Source: Botryllus schlosseri (lineage: Eukaryota). From it: a stretch of DNA of 64,000 bases. Positions 24,994 to 37,635 of the stretch are shown one piece after another (the first letter of the stretch is position 1; each line of letters opens with the position of its first letter). Made by a program: the position numbers and the translations under genes. The DNA lies in contig CM119372.1 of assembly GCA_051294905.1 (NCBI GenBank), positions 4,652,001 to 4,716,000 on the forward strand, given 5' to 3'. The notes under the pieces are model-generated. The model was not told the DNA's origin. It ran no database searches and saw nothing but the letters and a program-made list of their open reading frames with translations.

Positions 24994-26221
24994 GTTGGAA
25001 AGCGTCCGTATAATCCTGGCTGTGCACAATACTTGCGGTCTTCTGGAGTCTTCCAGGTAGTTCGGGGTCACCAATGTAGGAACTCGTTTCCTACTGAGTA
25101 GTTAACTAACTACGTAACTCTCATTTCGATACTGAGAACGCCAGACAAGTACAGTTACACTCAATCTGTAATCACAACAACAATAATATGAACATGCTCT
25201 CTGACTGGCACCTTTTGAGCGTGCAAGTCAGAGCGGTACGAATGTATCAGAATGTTAATATTCGAACGGTAACGCGTCAGGAGTAAGCGTAATACATTTG
25301 TGAGTCACGATCGCTTGGATATAGTTTGTAGGTGTATTATGTGTAGCTACAGGTAGGCTACCCCATGTTTGATTGCAGAATCATTTGAGCCCGATTTGAC
25401 CTTGAAAGTCCGTACAAATATCCGCTTGACTGCAATGCTACAGGTACAGGTACACTGGTACAGTGGTACACCCAGCGATCCGCATCTAAAGCAATTTATA
25501 AGGACGAGGCTCCGAAAATCATGCTGTCAGCCTGCCACTACATATTTTTGAGGCAGCTTGCGTTTCGCCTAATATCATTCCAGTGTGTTCTCGATTTCTT
25601 GGTGGTTGCCCGGTTCGCCCGCCTTCGCATTGGGTTTCAAATGTGCTCGCGGGCCGAATTCTAATATCTGATGACGCCGAAGCATCAATAACAGGGGTAG
25701 GCTAATCATTGTATTTCCAAGTAGGCCTTATTTGACGGGACCTTGTAGACTGGCATTACACAGTACACACACACATCGTGAAAATGTGATGTACTATCCC
25801 ATCGTTATAGAATGCCGATGGTTGCCATACCGACCTGCTCCGATAGCGAAATCCGCTACGGTACTCAACGCGCGCTAGGACCTTTTGATATATTATATCA
25901 ATTAAATTGAATTATATACCTAATGACAGTTTGATAGTATTATTGTTGTGTACATGGCATTACCAACCCACAGCATTCCAAGTTTGAACCAACTCAACTC
26001 GGGTTATTTTCATTTTATCATCTATAGTCAATTCGAGTTCGAGTAATTCTACGATAGTAGCCTACACGTGTAAGTCAAAATCACAATTTTCAGTCACGAA
26101 TGGTCAGAGGGTAAGGTTTCATCGTCATGAACAGGTAACGTGACGCATAATAACATATATTATATGCACTCAGGACCTCAACATTTGCCGTATCACCATC
26201 TGACATATCGACCTCGCTTTC

Positions 26222-26420
26222 CGAGCGAGATAGTGTAATGGTTATGCGTCCGGCATCTCGATCGGTATGTCGTGAGTTCGATCCCCGGCCGGGTCATACC
26301 AAATTAAGACTCGAAAATTGGTATCCGCAGCGCAGACTAGATCACCTCACGGCCGTATTGCAACTCCGTCGTCAAAAGCATCTCGATGGGCAGGCGAAAA
26401 AGAATATCATATCTCTTTCA
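26222..26420 (+). mobile_element. tRNA-derived SINE
   Basis: Pol III A box (TAGTGTAATGG) and B box (GAGTTCGATCC) in a tRNA-like head, followed by a non-tRNA body. The same body occurs in a second copy at about 29985-30121 + 31342-31430, split by a hAT element. Confidence 0.7.
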
Positions 26421-27450
26421 TATCTCCGTCACAAGTCACTGGATTTTGTCACTTATCATTTTATATTATCTATTTTACTTTCTTTCAGTGTGCAATGTGC
26501 ATGCCTCCCATATTTACATCGCCTTGGCCCAGGTGGGTGTATGATCTCAAAGACTACTCCAAGTCGTTTTGGCACCTTCCCATCTTTCATCGTATCGCAG
26601 TCTTGTAGTGTGTTGAAATGGTGAAATTTAATGAATAAACTTGAACTTGAACCGTAACTGCCGCACCCCAAAACGAGCGGGTTCGAAGGGGGCCCAAAAT
26701 TATTTGAAAATGAATATAAATTAGAGAGTTTTTTTTGAAAATTTGTGCAACGTTTTGCAATTTTTTTCGCGCTACGCGCGAGTTAGTGTTTAAGGGTTTG
26801 TAGAGCAATTCGGCGTCGGTCATTACCGCGCCACACTAAGCAGACGTATAAAGTTTACGCCAACATGGGACGCCGTGAGGTGTGCCAAAAAGTGCTGCAG
26901 CGTGAAAATCTTGGCCATAAAGGACTGCCATTATGTTCACCGGAAACCTCGATATATACATGTCTAATTATCCGTTGGCGCCTAAATGGCTGGTGAGGAA
27001 TCTCCCTGTCCTAGCAATCTGAACCAAACAGGACAAATGCTATCTCACGGAGAGAAAATGGCAGTGAAGAAATACCAATTTGGAATCGTGTGCGTCTTTT
27101 ACTTTAGTGTACGTATGGGCGATTTCAATATCTTTTCACATAACAAGGGTTATGAAATAATAACATGAAAAGAAGTAATTTGCCAACGGGCCCCTCCGAA
27201 TATGTTTAAATATTATTACGGGCCTTAAATCTTCCAAGGCAACACATCAGTCACCTCCGTCGTTATTCTGATTACGATGACTGAGAGAGGATAAAGCATT
27301 TTTAGCAGAATATATGCAATTACCAATATCATTGACCGATTCAATCATGAATAAAGGAAAATCCTCGCGCTTCGCGCGATCAGTTCACATAAAGTAACTA
27401 ATTACTGCAGTAATTAGTTAGCATGCCGTACAAGAAATCTCGCTCACAAG

Positions 27451-28747
27451 CAGAGCTGGTCATGGTCAGTAACGAAGTACTTCTACTTTTTGGAAGTACT
27501 CAAGTAGTTTTCCTCTACTTCTGGTACTTACTCAAGTAGATCTGATTTTCTCTACTTCTACTTCGTAATATTTTGTGATCTACTTACTTACTTTTTGCTA
27601 TTTTCAGTTTGTCAAGTAGAAGTAGTTTAATCCCCCAATACGAAAGATAGCCTCATGAATTTCGGGGCAGTTTTCACGGATTACCAACATTTAATATTCA
27701 TAAAAGTCAAGTAACGCCCAGAAATTTTGTTGCGCTTCGAGCACAGTAGTTATGGAGTGACATATATCTTTTCACGAAAGTATCAATGAAAATAATTTAG
27801 GTACCGGATTACTTATGGCTCCGCTCACACCGCATTGTCGCCCATATCAAATATTTCAACACAGTTAATATGGCCCACCATAACGTTTGAAACTACCGTT
27901 TCGCAATCTAGCAATTACCTATCCTATCGTTATATAGCAGCCCATGACATGTTCTGCCAATGTGGAAAATCCGGCTTTTTGGAACGTTACACCTGTTTAA
28001 GCAGATATCACCTTTGAAGCTTTATAGACAAAAGACATGAAATATATGTTCCGCTTTCTAGAAGTGGTATTTGTATTTCACTTTCAATTCCGAGTATGAT
28101 ACTCGGAGTATCATACTTTGAGTTCTAATTACTTTTCAATCAATTCTTTTGAACATACACGTTGAAGCATAAAAGCGAGTGTAGTAATGCCTCTATTTTC
28201 CGAAAATAAAGCTACACTAAATATAAATTTTACGATTCACAATATTCGTTATGAATGTATACTATTTGCGCAAAGTGTTGAAACCGTATCCGATACAACT
28301 TCTCCGTATTGCTCTTCGCTTAAACTTGGGGCCTTGTAATATGGGTTAGGGCGCCGTGCCATGATATTCTCTAAAGCGGGGTCTTCTAGTAAAGAAAGGG
28401 TTAGTATCGCATTTTCATATCAATACTATAATATGCATCCCATGATGCGAAAGAATTCTTATTCTGTCGAAAATTGATACCTCTTGGGATGCATCAATAC
28501 GAATCAAGCTTTCTGCACCTTCCGCATAGCTCAATTTGCAGCTTTTGACAGTCCATGCGAACGTATTATGACCGTTTTCAAAACTACTTACCTACTTGAG
28601 TAAATTCAAAGACAGTCTATTCTACTTCTACTTCAAGTAGTTTTAGGTGGCTTATGGAAGAAGTACTTCTACTCGTACTTGAGTAGATTTTTTCGTCACT
28701 ACCTACTTCTACTCGAGTAGCTTACTTGACTACTTTGACCACCTCTG
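27451..28747. mobile_element. Non-autonomous hAT element with TACTT/AAGTA subterminal repeats
   Basis: Perfect 8-bp TSD CTCACAAG (27443-27450 / 28748-28755); TIR CAGAG(C/G)TGGTCA. Confidence 0.85.
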
Positions 28748-29449
28748 CTCACAAGTAGCGGTGAAAACGAAGAGCCCGTGGGGGGGGGGGGGTTAGGGGG
28801 CGAATCCACCCAGATGTTTGGTTTATCACTCTATGGGGGCCCCAAGACCAATGTTTTTTTTTGGGGCCTGAGGAAGTGCTGTTTCGGCCCTGCTCACACC
28901 TCATGGTAGCTATTTAAAGTGTTGCTCTGATGAAGTTTGATGAGTAGTTCAAGGTTTTTGAAGCAGTATTGGAATGATCTCAAATCTAAAAAAGATATGT
29001 GACAGTTAAATATTGTCCAATAACCTATACTTGAGAATCCAAAATGCCGACGCGGGCCGCATAAAATGTTATCGCGGGCCGCATGTTTGAGACCACTGAA
29101 ATAGTGGATCAATGTTCGCGACTGCCTAGTGACGAACTCAGGAATGCAATAACCTCTTATCCAGAAATATTGTATTCCTAGCTATCGACTTTCCTTCTTT
29201 GATCGAAAACATTTCCATTTAATTGAAACTCCTCTTGTAAAGCCACAAGTCGTCGATTAATTGGTATACCTGTGCTAATCAATTACGTCTACAACTGGAT
29301 TACTGGTAGACAAATTTGCAATAAATATTTTATACGAGGACATGACTGCGTGATTTCAGATGTATTTTTCGTGCTGATCCCGAATATGCCTTCAGCTTTT
29401 TTCTACCACATCACAGTTTCAAGATATCGTCGAATTCATATTTTCCGAA

Positions 29450-29942
29450 AAATAAAATATAGCGGTCAATGTCCCTCAAATTTCAACGACTACTTCACCA
29501 CTGAGTCAAAAGCGCACAAGAACAGCACACGCACGTCAACGAAGAACAACTACCATATGATCAGGACGGAATACAAGAAAACGCATTGCTTTGTCAAGTA
29601 TGCCGGACCCCAATTGCGGAACAGCATCTCACCGGTCGAAATACAAGCAATTTCTTCTAAATGAATGCTAGCCAGCCTACAGGATTACCGGACCACGACC
29701 TAACATCGACCTCGGCCTCTACACATGCCACTGCCACTTCATTTTTTCGCTTGCGTCTTATATTCTCTGCATTACTTTTCATTCAGTGTGCATGCCTCAT
29801 CTTTACTCCGCCTAGGCTAAGGTGGGTGTCTGATCTTGAAGGCTACTCCAAGTTGTTTCGACGCCTTCCTATCTTTTTCATTGTATCGCAGTCTTGTGGT
29901 GTTTTGAAATGATGAAAATATTAATAAAACTGATTGATTGAT
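29450..29942 (+). mobile_element. 5'-truncated CR1/L2-group LINE (ORF2 C-terminus, 3' UTR and tail)
   Basis: Translation CPSNFNDYF..HKNSTR..TEYKKTHCFVKYAGPQLRNSI resembles the post-RT C-terminus of CR1/L2-group ORF2. It ends in AATAAA plus (ATTG)n. A related 3' UTR copy at about 26470-26651 ends in AATAAA plus (ACTTGA)n. Confidence 0.65.
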
Positions 29943-30121
29943 AAGACCTAGAGATATTTTTGAATGTCACTCGAAAATATTAGCACGAACGGCGGCACGG
30001 TGAGATCTTCATCCCCGGTCGGGTCAGACCAAAGACTCGAAAACTGGTATCCGCGGCTATCCTGCTAGGCGCTCAGCATTCACGGATAGCACGGAGGAAA
30101 AGCCGGGGGTGCAGACTAGAT

Positions 30122-31333
30122 CAGTGGTTCTCAACCGCCGGTCCGCGACGACATTCCTACCGGTCCGCCAGGTATATTACAATTTTATACCTTAATTTCA
30201 AGATGCAATGTTGAAAGCATGTCCATTGATAAAATAAATGAAACTTCAAATTTTAAACTGATTCAGAACTTCGTGAGGTAACATTAGGGGTCGAAACATG
30301 TTCGATTTGACTTGAAGTTCAAGACGTGTCATTTGACGACACGTGAGCGACAACTATATAGAACAGATGCGAGCTGACTCATCGGTAAACAGCGCAGTTT
30401 GCGCGATCGTTCGTTTTTGATTGATTCATTTTGTGCAGGACCGTAACTGGGGCACCCCAAACCGCCCAATTGGAGAAGTGCCGGGTTGTAAAGGGGCCCG
30501 AAATGATACGTATAATTCATAGAAATAGGCATTTCGGCGCCAGCCATTACCGCACCACGACGTATCAACAAATAATGAAGTTTAGATTAACATGGGAGTC
30601 AGAAAGATGTGCCAAAAATTCGGCAGCGAGAAACCCGATTCAGTCATGAATGATCGAAAATGTTCGCTTTTGGCGCAATTAAGCTACCTAAACTCTCTAC
30701 TTACACTGAGTAAAATGAATGTGCTCACAAGTACAGGTGAAAACATCCACCCAACTGTGGAGTCTGGGGCGAAGCCCCGGAAGTTTGGCTTATCGCCCTG
30801 TGGGGGCCCAAGACCAACGTTTTGGGGGGTGGGCTGACGAAGTGTTTTTTCGGCCCGAATTTGCGGATGGCTGGTATAGCTGCCATAAGGTGTTTTTGTG
30901 CGGCGCATTGTATTCGTAGTTGCCAGAGTAGCCTGCGTCTGGTGGTAGTGGGCAATGCGCAAGGTAGCACGACAAGGTGCTTGGTTCGACTCCGAAATGC
31001 TTCTCTCGATATTGTCAAAGAGAAGAATATTATTCGAGTTGACGTGGTCAGTTAAGACTGTAAACGACTCTCGGCGGTAGGACGTTTATCTGGACAAGGC
31101 AATTTTACCTCAACCCAGCAGACTCACTATCGTAAAATCCCATGGATGCCAACATGAAGATAACATTTGCGATCAAAACCCTCTAAATGTCACTCTCTAG
31201 CACCATATAATTGCAAAAATCGGTTGCATACTTTGCATTTTGGCTTCATTTCAATTTTTGAAAGTACACCGGTCCGCCAGACATTTTTTGAAATTTTACC
31301 GGTCCGCGAGGTGAAAAAGGTTGAGAACCACTG
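30122..31333. mobile_element. Non-autonomous hAT-Charlie element inserted in a SINE
   Basis: TIR CAGTGGTTCTCAACC and perfect 8-bp TSD GACTAGAT (30114-30121 / 31334-31341), close to the Charlie NTCTAGAN target preference. Confidence 0.88.
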
Positions 31334-32884
31334 GACTAGATGACCTTACTATAAAGGCCGTATCGCATCTCCGTCGTCAAAGCATCTCGATGGTGCAGGC
31401 GAAAAAGAATACCATATATATCTCTCTCTCTATTCTGGAATCGGGAAAGGAGGACATTTTTGGCAAGTCATAGAAGTTAGCTGACCGAAAGTGAAAACAG
31501 CAGATTTTGATATATTTACTGGATATCTTGTTGTGTTGGCAAAAAAAGTCATCACTTTGACTCGACTCCCAAATGACCCTCTCGAGCGTCCATTTACATT
31601 CGATAGTATTACCTATTTCATGTCATTCATGCCGATTTTCAGTTGACCTTGTCCAGTGTCCACATTATCATAAGCTGTAAAGGGGGACGAATTGTCAAAA
31701 AGGAGGACGTATGGTAACCCCATATAATGGCTAAAATCGGCCCAAAAGGCGACCGCGGCCTCAGCCAATAATTATTAGAGCATCAGTTGCTTAATTGCCA
31801 CCAATTTCTGATTGTTCTCAACTGTGCAAGGAAGGCCTACATCTACGAAAACTAGGTCCGGATCGGACAATCGCGAATTGACTGTAAAATTTTACAGTGG
31901 GACACGAGTCACCCCAAAGCCGTCATATATAATGTACATCAGGGGTCACCATTGAAAACACGGACCGAAAAACTCCGATATAGTTATATCTACTCGCAGG
32001 AACTTAAAAACTCAAAGATCAAACCCTTATCTGAAGTAATTATGCCAACTTGGACTTAGCATGTGGTTTATTTCCATGAACGTCTCACTTTAACTATTGA
32101 TTCGAGGGTGGGTAAGGTTGTCCTTTTCTTTCCTTTCGTGAAATGCACTGATCCGGTTCCGACCAAAAATGAGAAAATCCTGCCGGATATCCAGCTCCAC
32201 TAGCGACGTCCCATATCGAAAACTATGGAGTAAAATCTCCTTGTGTGAGACTAACGCGCATTTCAATCTCGTCGCAGGGCTCCTTATTTTATCCGTGGGT
32301 CTCATTTGCACGGTGCGACTCGCTGCGGGCATAGGACTATTTGGCATCGGTCATTTCGACGCCTGGGCATTATGGCGCGGCTATGGCACGCGCTACCTGA
32401 GTATGGACTATACGCCGCGTTCCCTCTAGGGTCCGCAACAGAGAGTCGGCGAATACGTTGGCCAGCACTTTATTGTACAACATAAACTCGAACAGACTAA
32501 GGATAAAACATTGGATAAAATAAACAGCGTTGGTCGTGCAGCGTCGGTAGATCGTCAGATAAAAAGCCGGCATGCATCTAACGAAGGTCTTCTTTATATA
32601 GTCGGAATGCAGACACCGTCGCGCACAATGATCAGCAATGATTGTTAATCGTTCGTCCGACGTCGAGAGGGTATGTGCGGTACACCAATCCGCCATAAGG
32701 GTCCCCCCGCTTGGAAAAGCTTTAGGTACCGGATGAGAGCGATTCAGATCGAGGAAAAAAATCATTAGAACGGAGTGAAATAGCATAGCAATCAGGCATG
32801 TAATACACACATCGAATAAACAATACATGTTCAGTACGTACCGAGGGGTGATAACAGTGAGACACCACAAGCGATAAAAAAAAT

Positions 32885-35800
32885 TCAAATCTGCATTTCA
32901 AACACTGGTGCGAGTATGAAATTCTGCAAGTGACTGGGTGTTCTGACAACACGACCACTATTCGTAATCGTTGTAGTTTGAGATTCGGGAAGGGTTGCGT
33001 TTTGAGCGGTATCATTAGATTGGCAGTTTTCAAAACATTGCAAGGGCAACCGACCCGGAATCAAACGATCAGTTGAGGCGTCATAAGGACCTTTACTAGT
33101 CTCGATAGTAAAACACTTCGGAGTGCGCTTCAACACTTTGTGCGGACCAGTATAAACGGGGTCAAGTGATCGGCGTGAGCCGTCGATCCTTAGGAAAACG
33201 TGGGTGCAAGTGGTTAAATTATTGGGAACCTGTGACTTTGGGTTACAGTGAAAATTAGTGGAGGTTTGACCAATGGTCGAAAAGAATCGTCTCATATTGC
33301 TCACGAAGGTGGGATTGTCGGTGCTATTCCTACACGGAACGGGATCAACTAATTGACCAGGCAAGCGTAATGAAGTACCATAAGTCAATTCGGAAGACGA
33401 GTACCCTTAATCCTCTTTTATTGCACAACGCAACCCCAAGAGTACTAAGCCTAAATTATGATACCAATCGGACGGGCTCTCCTTTGTACGCAACGCGTCT
33501 TTCAACGTGCGATTAAATCTTTCGACCATTGAATTTTGCTCAGGTTTACGGGCTAGGGTAGTAATATGATGAATTCCAAGCAATTGCATAAGTTGGGACC
33601 ATTCGCTAGACGTAAATTGGCTACCTCGATCAGTTATAAGTTTCCTGGGTGCGCCGAATCTAGATATATAGCCGAGGTTAAAAGCGTCAATGACTGTCTG
33701 GGTGCGCATATCACACATAGGGATACACTCCGGCCAACGAGAAAATCTATCAATGCACATCAATAAATATGAAAAACCGCAACTGTTAGGCAAAGAAAGG
33801 ATATCAACATTTACGGTATGAAAACGTTCAGAGGGCACTGGAAGGTTGGTTATTGGCGTTCGAGTATGTCGGGTTATCTTCGAGCGTTGACACGGGAGAC
33901 ACTGTCGAACAAACTCGGTTATATGCCGCTTCATATGAGGCCATACGTACCGGTCCGTTATCAGCTTCGTAGTCGCTCTAATGCTAGGATGAGAAATGTT
34001 GTGAAGTCCGTTGAGCACTGCGTCGCGCAAAGAATGCGGTACGAACGGGCGATGTTTGCCAGGCAGCGACCTGTCGAAAAGAACGGGGCCATGCAATCCT
34101 TCAACTGTTACCTCCACAAGATCCAAAGAATGTTCGTCGGAGTTAGACAGTAGATCTCGCAATTCGTCGTCGTCTTTCTGGGCGTCAAACAGCATCTGTG
34201 GAGAAATCGGTACGGTATCCGGGAAAACCACATTGACTTTTAATCTTGAAAGAGTGTCGGCGGCAGTGTTCAGCGACCCCTTGATGTGGCGGACGTCGCT
34301 CGTAAACTCCGTGATGAACCTTAATTGTCTTGATTGGCGCGCAATGAGTCTTTCAGTAGGGTTCTGCAACGCTTTGACAAGACCATCATTATCTGTGACT
34401 AGTTGAAATTTCCTGCCCTTCAATTGTACGTGAAAATGTTTGATAGCAGAATACGCTCCTAAGAGCTCGCGATCGAATGCTGAATACGTTCGTTGGGTAC
34501 GATTAAGGGTCTTCGAATAAAACCCAAGAGGTGACCATATACCTTTGTGTTGCTGTTGCAGAACTGCACCCATTCCTACTTCACTTGCATCCACGACTAG
34601 AGAGAGGTCCGAGTCATGAATAGGATGGACAAGTAATGCATTACCCGATAGATCAGATTTGATGCGGTCGAATGCTGACAATGCGGAGTCCGACCATACA
34701 ATACGTCTGCGTTTGTTGGATGATTGATTTGCTATATCGTAGAGCGGCTTCAATATAGTTGCGCAGTCTTTCACAAATCGATGATAGTAACACACAAGTC
34801 CAAGAAAGGATCGTAGTTGCTTTACGTTATCTGGGCGAGGGTAATTTGTTATCACATCAACCTTTGCAGGCAGGGGACGGATTCCTTCGAGACCAACTAA
34901 ATGTCCAAGGAATTCTATCTCCTTTTTACCAAATTCGCACTTGTCAACTTTAATAACCAGACCAAACTCACGGAGCTTCGAAAACAGTGTTCTGAGCGTC
35001 GTCAAATGTTCCTGTTCAGTGCGGGTGGCGATTAAAATGTCATCTAAAAACACGAAAATATGTTCGATTCCGGATGTAACCTCGGAGATAAAGCGGCTAA
35101 AAGTGCTGCATGCATTCGTCAATCCGAACGGCATGGTAGTTGGTTGAAACAGTCCTTCGGGGCAAATAAACGCGGCCTTCTCTTGGTCCTGGGGGTGGAG
35201 AGGAATCTGACGGTACGCCTTCTGTAAATCAATCTTGCTGAATATGCTGCAACCGTGCAATTCGTTAGTGAAGTCTCGTAAAAAGGGGACTGGCCATCGA
35301 TCTTTGATTGTTTGATTGTTTAACTTACGGTAATCGACGCAAATCCTAATGTCGTCTTCACCTTTAGGTACAACGGTAATAGGTGACGCATACGGCGATT
35401 TTGAACGGACAATGTCTCCGGACGCTAAAAGCTCGTCCAATCGATTCCTTATACCTTGCGTCTCAAATACGGCTGTAATGGGCGACAACGCGAACGAACA
35501 GGACCGCCAGTAGTCAATATCCGGTGTACAGTGCCATGCTTACCACGTAGGGACGCAATCTTTGGTGTGGTCAAATCTTTGAATTCCTTCAAGATATCGG
35601 CATATGGTTGCTTATGGTGGGGTGAGACTAAGTTGAGGCCGAAAACAGACGCAGGTTTCTTCCTACCTCTCACGAGAGTGTTCGAATTTGGGTCCAACAT
35701 TACGTTATTTCTAATATCGACTACAAAAGAGAACTCCTCCAGGAAATCAGCTCCTATTATCGCAATCTTTGTATCAGCTACGTAAAATACAAATTCATAC

Positions 35801-36078
35801 GTGTACCCGTTCGAGAGTCGGATCTTGCGAGATTTCATACCACGAGTCGGAATAGCGGTGCCGTTCGTTGCATACAGGTTTGGTCCACGGTCTTTGTTAC
35901 GACGATCTTGCCATGTGCTGGGCATGAGTGAAACGGATGCGCCTGTATCTACTAAAAAATGAGTTCCAGAAATTTCGTCCTGTACATGTAATAGAGACAC
36001 ATTATGAGAGTTGTGCGAAACAACCAATGGATCTGTACGGCGTGGACGAAATCCTACGCCGTACCTCTGTCTAAAAAA
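32885..36078 (-). pseudogene. pol: Pol of element 2, with a frameshift at about 35450 and an in-frame nonsense codon at 33407-33409
   Basis: Three consecutive ORF-track pieces: protease FLVDTGA; RT FLDD, RNaseH and integrase core; integrase C-terminus with YTGPH. KED*GYSSSELTYG aligns with element 1 KADLGSTSAELVYG. Confidence 0.9.
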
Positions 36079-36995
36079 GGACGAGCAGATTCGTAGTGTA
36101 CACAACCAGGGCGACAATTTCGCGCACGATCACCAAACCGTTCGTGATAGTAGCAGAGACCGCATTCCTGACTTCGCGGAGGGCCGTCAGTACGCCAGCC
36201 ATTACGAGAAACGGGATTTCGATGACTAGAGTCGGTATGCACGTCTTCAAATCGAGGGTGGTGACGAGTCGTTGCCCCAGCGGCATAGGTCGGTCGTGGA
36301 GGCACATGGACAGGAAGTGTATCCCGTACAGGCGGTCGAGATTGAAGCTGCCTAACGTCACGATTCAGGCTTGAAATTTCTCTTCGCATCTGATACAAGT
36401 CAGAGTTACCGGGCGCTTGATGATTGGTATGACGAGACCCGCGGGCGTAGATATTGTCAGCTCGTACAGCCAGTTCATCCGCGGTATCAGTTACGTGTGA
36501 CGATAAAATATTGGCGAAGGAATCAGGCAAGTGGTGCAGGAAGGCCTCCCGGAGGTAGCAATCGACACCAGGCCCTCCATGGGACATTCCCGTCACAGTC
36601 CTCAGCTTCTTGAGTATCTCGGACGGTTTCAACCCACGACAGCGTCCACTATATAGCTCTTGAACACGATCTCGTAGCGGGACAGTATATTCATCTAGCA
36701 GGATTTGGCGTAAAATTACAAAGCAATCGGGGTTCTCGATGCCAGGAAGCCGTATTCGGATAGATTCAAGTTGGTTTCCGTCAAGGCAGCGCAAAACGTA
36801 GTTGTACCGAGCAACATCATCGTCGACGCCATAAGACTGGAATCCAGCTTCTGTAGACACAAACCAGGACTCCGGTGCATGCGACCAAAATTGCACTACA
36901 GGCATAGCTCCCCGCAGATGGGTGTTGAAAGGCTGGGCAGCAAGCTCCTGTCGTTCATCGTGCACGGCTCGTCGTCGGCGACTTCTTGTAGACAT
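36054..36995 (-). CDS. gag: Gag of element 2 (CHCC zinc knuckle)
   Basis: First ATG at 36995 (MSTRSRRR); FWSHAPESWF; CYYHERFGDRARNCRPGC matches C-x2-H-x9-C-x3-C. Confidence 0.88.
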   Translation of the reverse strand: MSTRSRRRRAVHDERQELAAQPFNTHLRGAMPVVQFWSHAPESWFVSTEAGFQSYGVDDDVARYNYVLRCLDGNQLESIRIRLPGIENPDCFVILRQILLDEYTVPLRDRVQELYSGRCRGLKPSEILKKLRTVTGMSHGGPGVDCYLREAFLHHLPDSFANILSSHVTDTADELAVRADNIYARGSRHTNHQAPGNSDLYQMRREISSLNRDVRQLQSRPPVRDTLPVHVPPRPTYAAGATTRHHPRFEDVHTDSSHRNPVSRNGWRTDGPPRSQECGLCYYHERFGDRARNCRPGCVHYESARPFLDRGTA

Positions 36996-37635
36996 CACGT
37001 TAAGCTGTAATCGCGTCGTCTTCAAGAATAAGCTTGGATCACGTAAGGCGTTAGATCACGTCAGGCTTTGATCACGTCGGGGTCACCAAAAGTATGGCGC
37101 GGCTATGGCACGCGCTACCTGAGTATGGACTATACGCCGCGTTCCCTCTAGGGTCCGCAACAGAGAGTCGGCGAATACGTTGGCCAGCACTTTATTGTAC
37201 AACATAAACTCGAACAGACTAAGGATAAAACATTGGATAAAATAAACAGCGTTGGTCGTGCAGCGTCGGTAGATCGTCAGATAAAAAGCCGGCATGCATC
37301 TAACGAAGGTCTTCTTTATATAGTCGGAATGCAGACACCGTCGCGCACAATGATCAGCAATGATTGTTAATCGTTCGTCCGACGTCGAGAGGGTATGTGC
37401 GGTACACCAATCCGCCATAGCATATCAACACTCAGCAAGGAACGTTTTGGCCAACATGCGGCGGTTATTTAATTTCAAAACTTTATCACTGCCAATCATG
37501 GGAGCTCAGTTAACGAAGGGGCATGTTTCACCAAACGTTATATTTGTTGGTGTCTCCTGGCATAGAAACACCCAGCGCCGAAATGACTGTTCCTAATGGC
37601 CGCGTTTCCACAGGCTGCACCCCTAGACTATAGAG

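Larger units (their letters stand above)
19430..25351 (-). mobile_element. Full-length Ty3/Gypsy LTR retrotransposon (CsRN1 clade), element 1, pol interrupted by a hAT insertion
   Basis: 277-bp LTRs at 19430-19706 and 25075-25351 (TG..CA, identical by eye). TSD GGTA. PBS TGGTGACCCCGA (tRNA-Trp 3' end) next to the 5' LTR and PPT GGTGGAGGGTGG before the 3' LTR. Domain order gag, PR-RT-RH-IN. Confidence 0.97.
32371..37419 (-). mobile_element. Full-length Ty3/Gypsy LTR retrotransposon (CsRN1 clade), element 2, with TA..TA LTR termini
   Basis: 327-bp LTRs at 32371-32697 and 37093-37419 (identical by eye). TSD GCAT. 18-nt PBS complementary to the tRNA-Trp 3' end (plus strand ATCACGTCGGGGTCACCA), G-rich PPT, and TATA plus AATAAA motifs on the minus strand of the LTR. 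Confidence 0.96.

Noticed and set aside
26222..26295. tRNA gene
   Set aside because: It has A and B boxes but no clean cloverleaf, and continues into a body shared with another dispersed copy, so it is a SINE head.
32370..32888. 172-aa and 111-aa (37083-37418) ORFs as an env-like or accessory gene
   Set aside because: They largely coincide with the LTR sequence, appear twice only because the LTR is duplicated, and show no recognisable domain.
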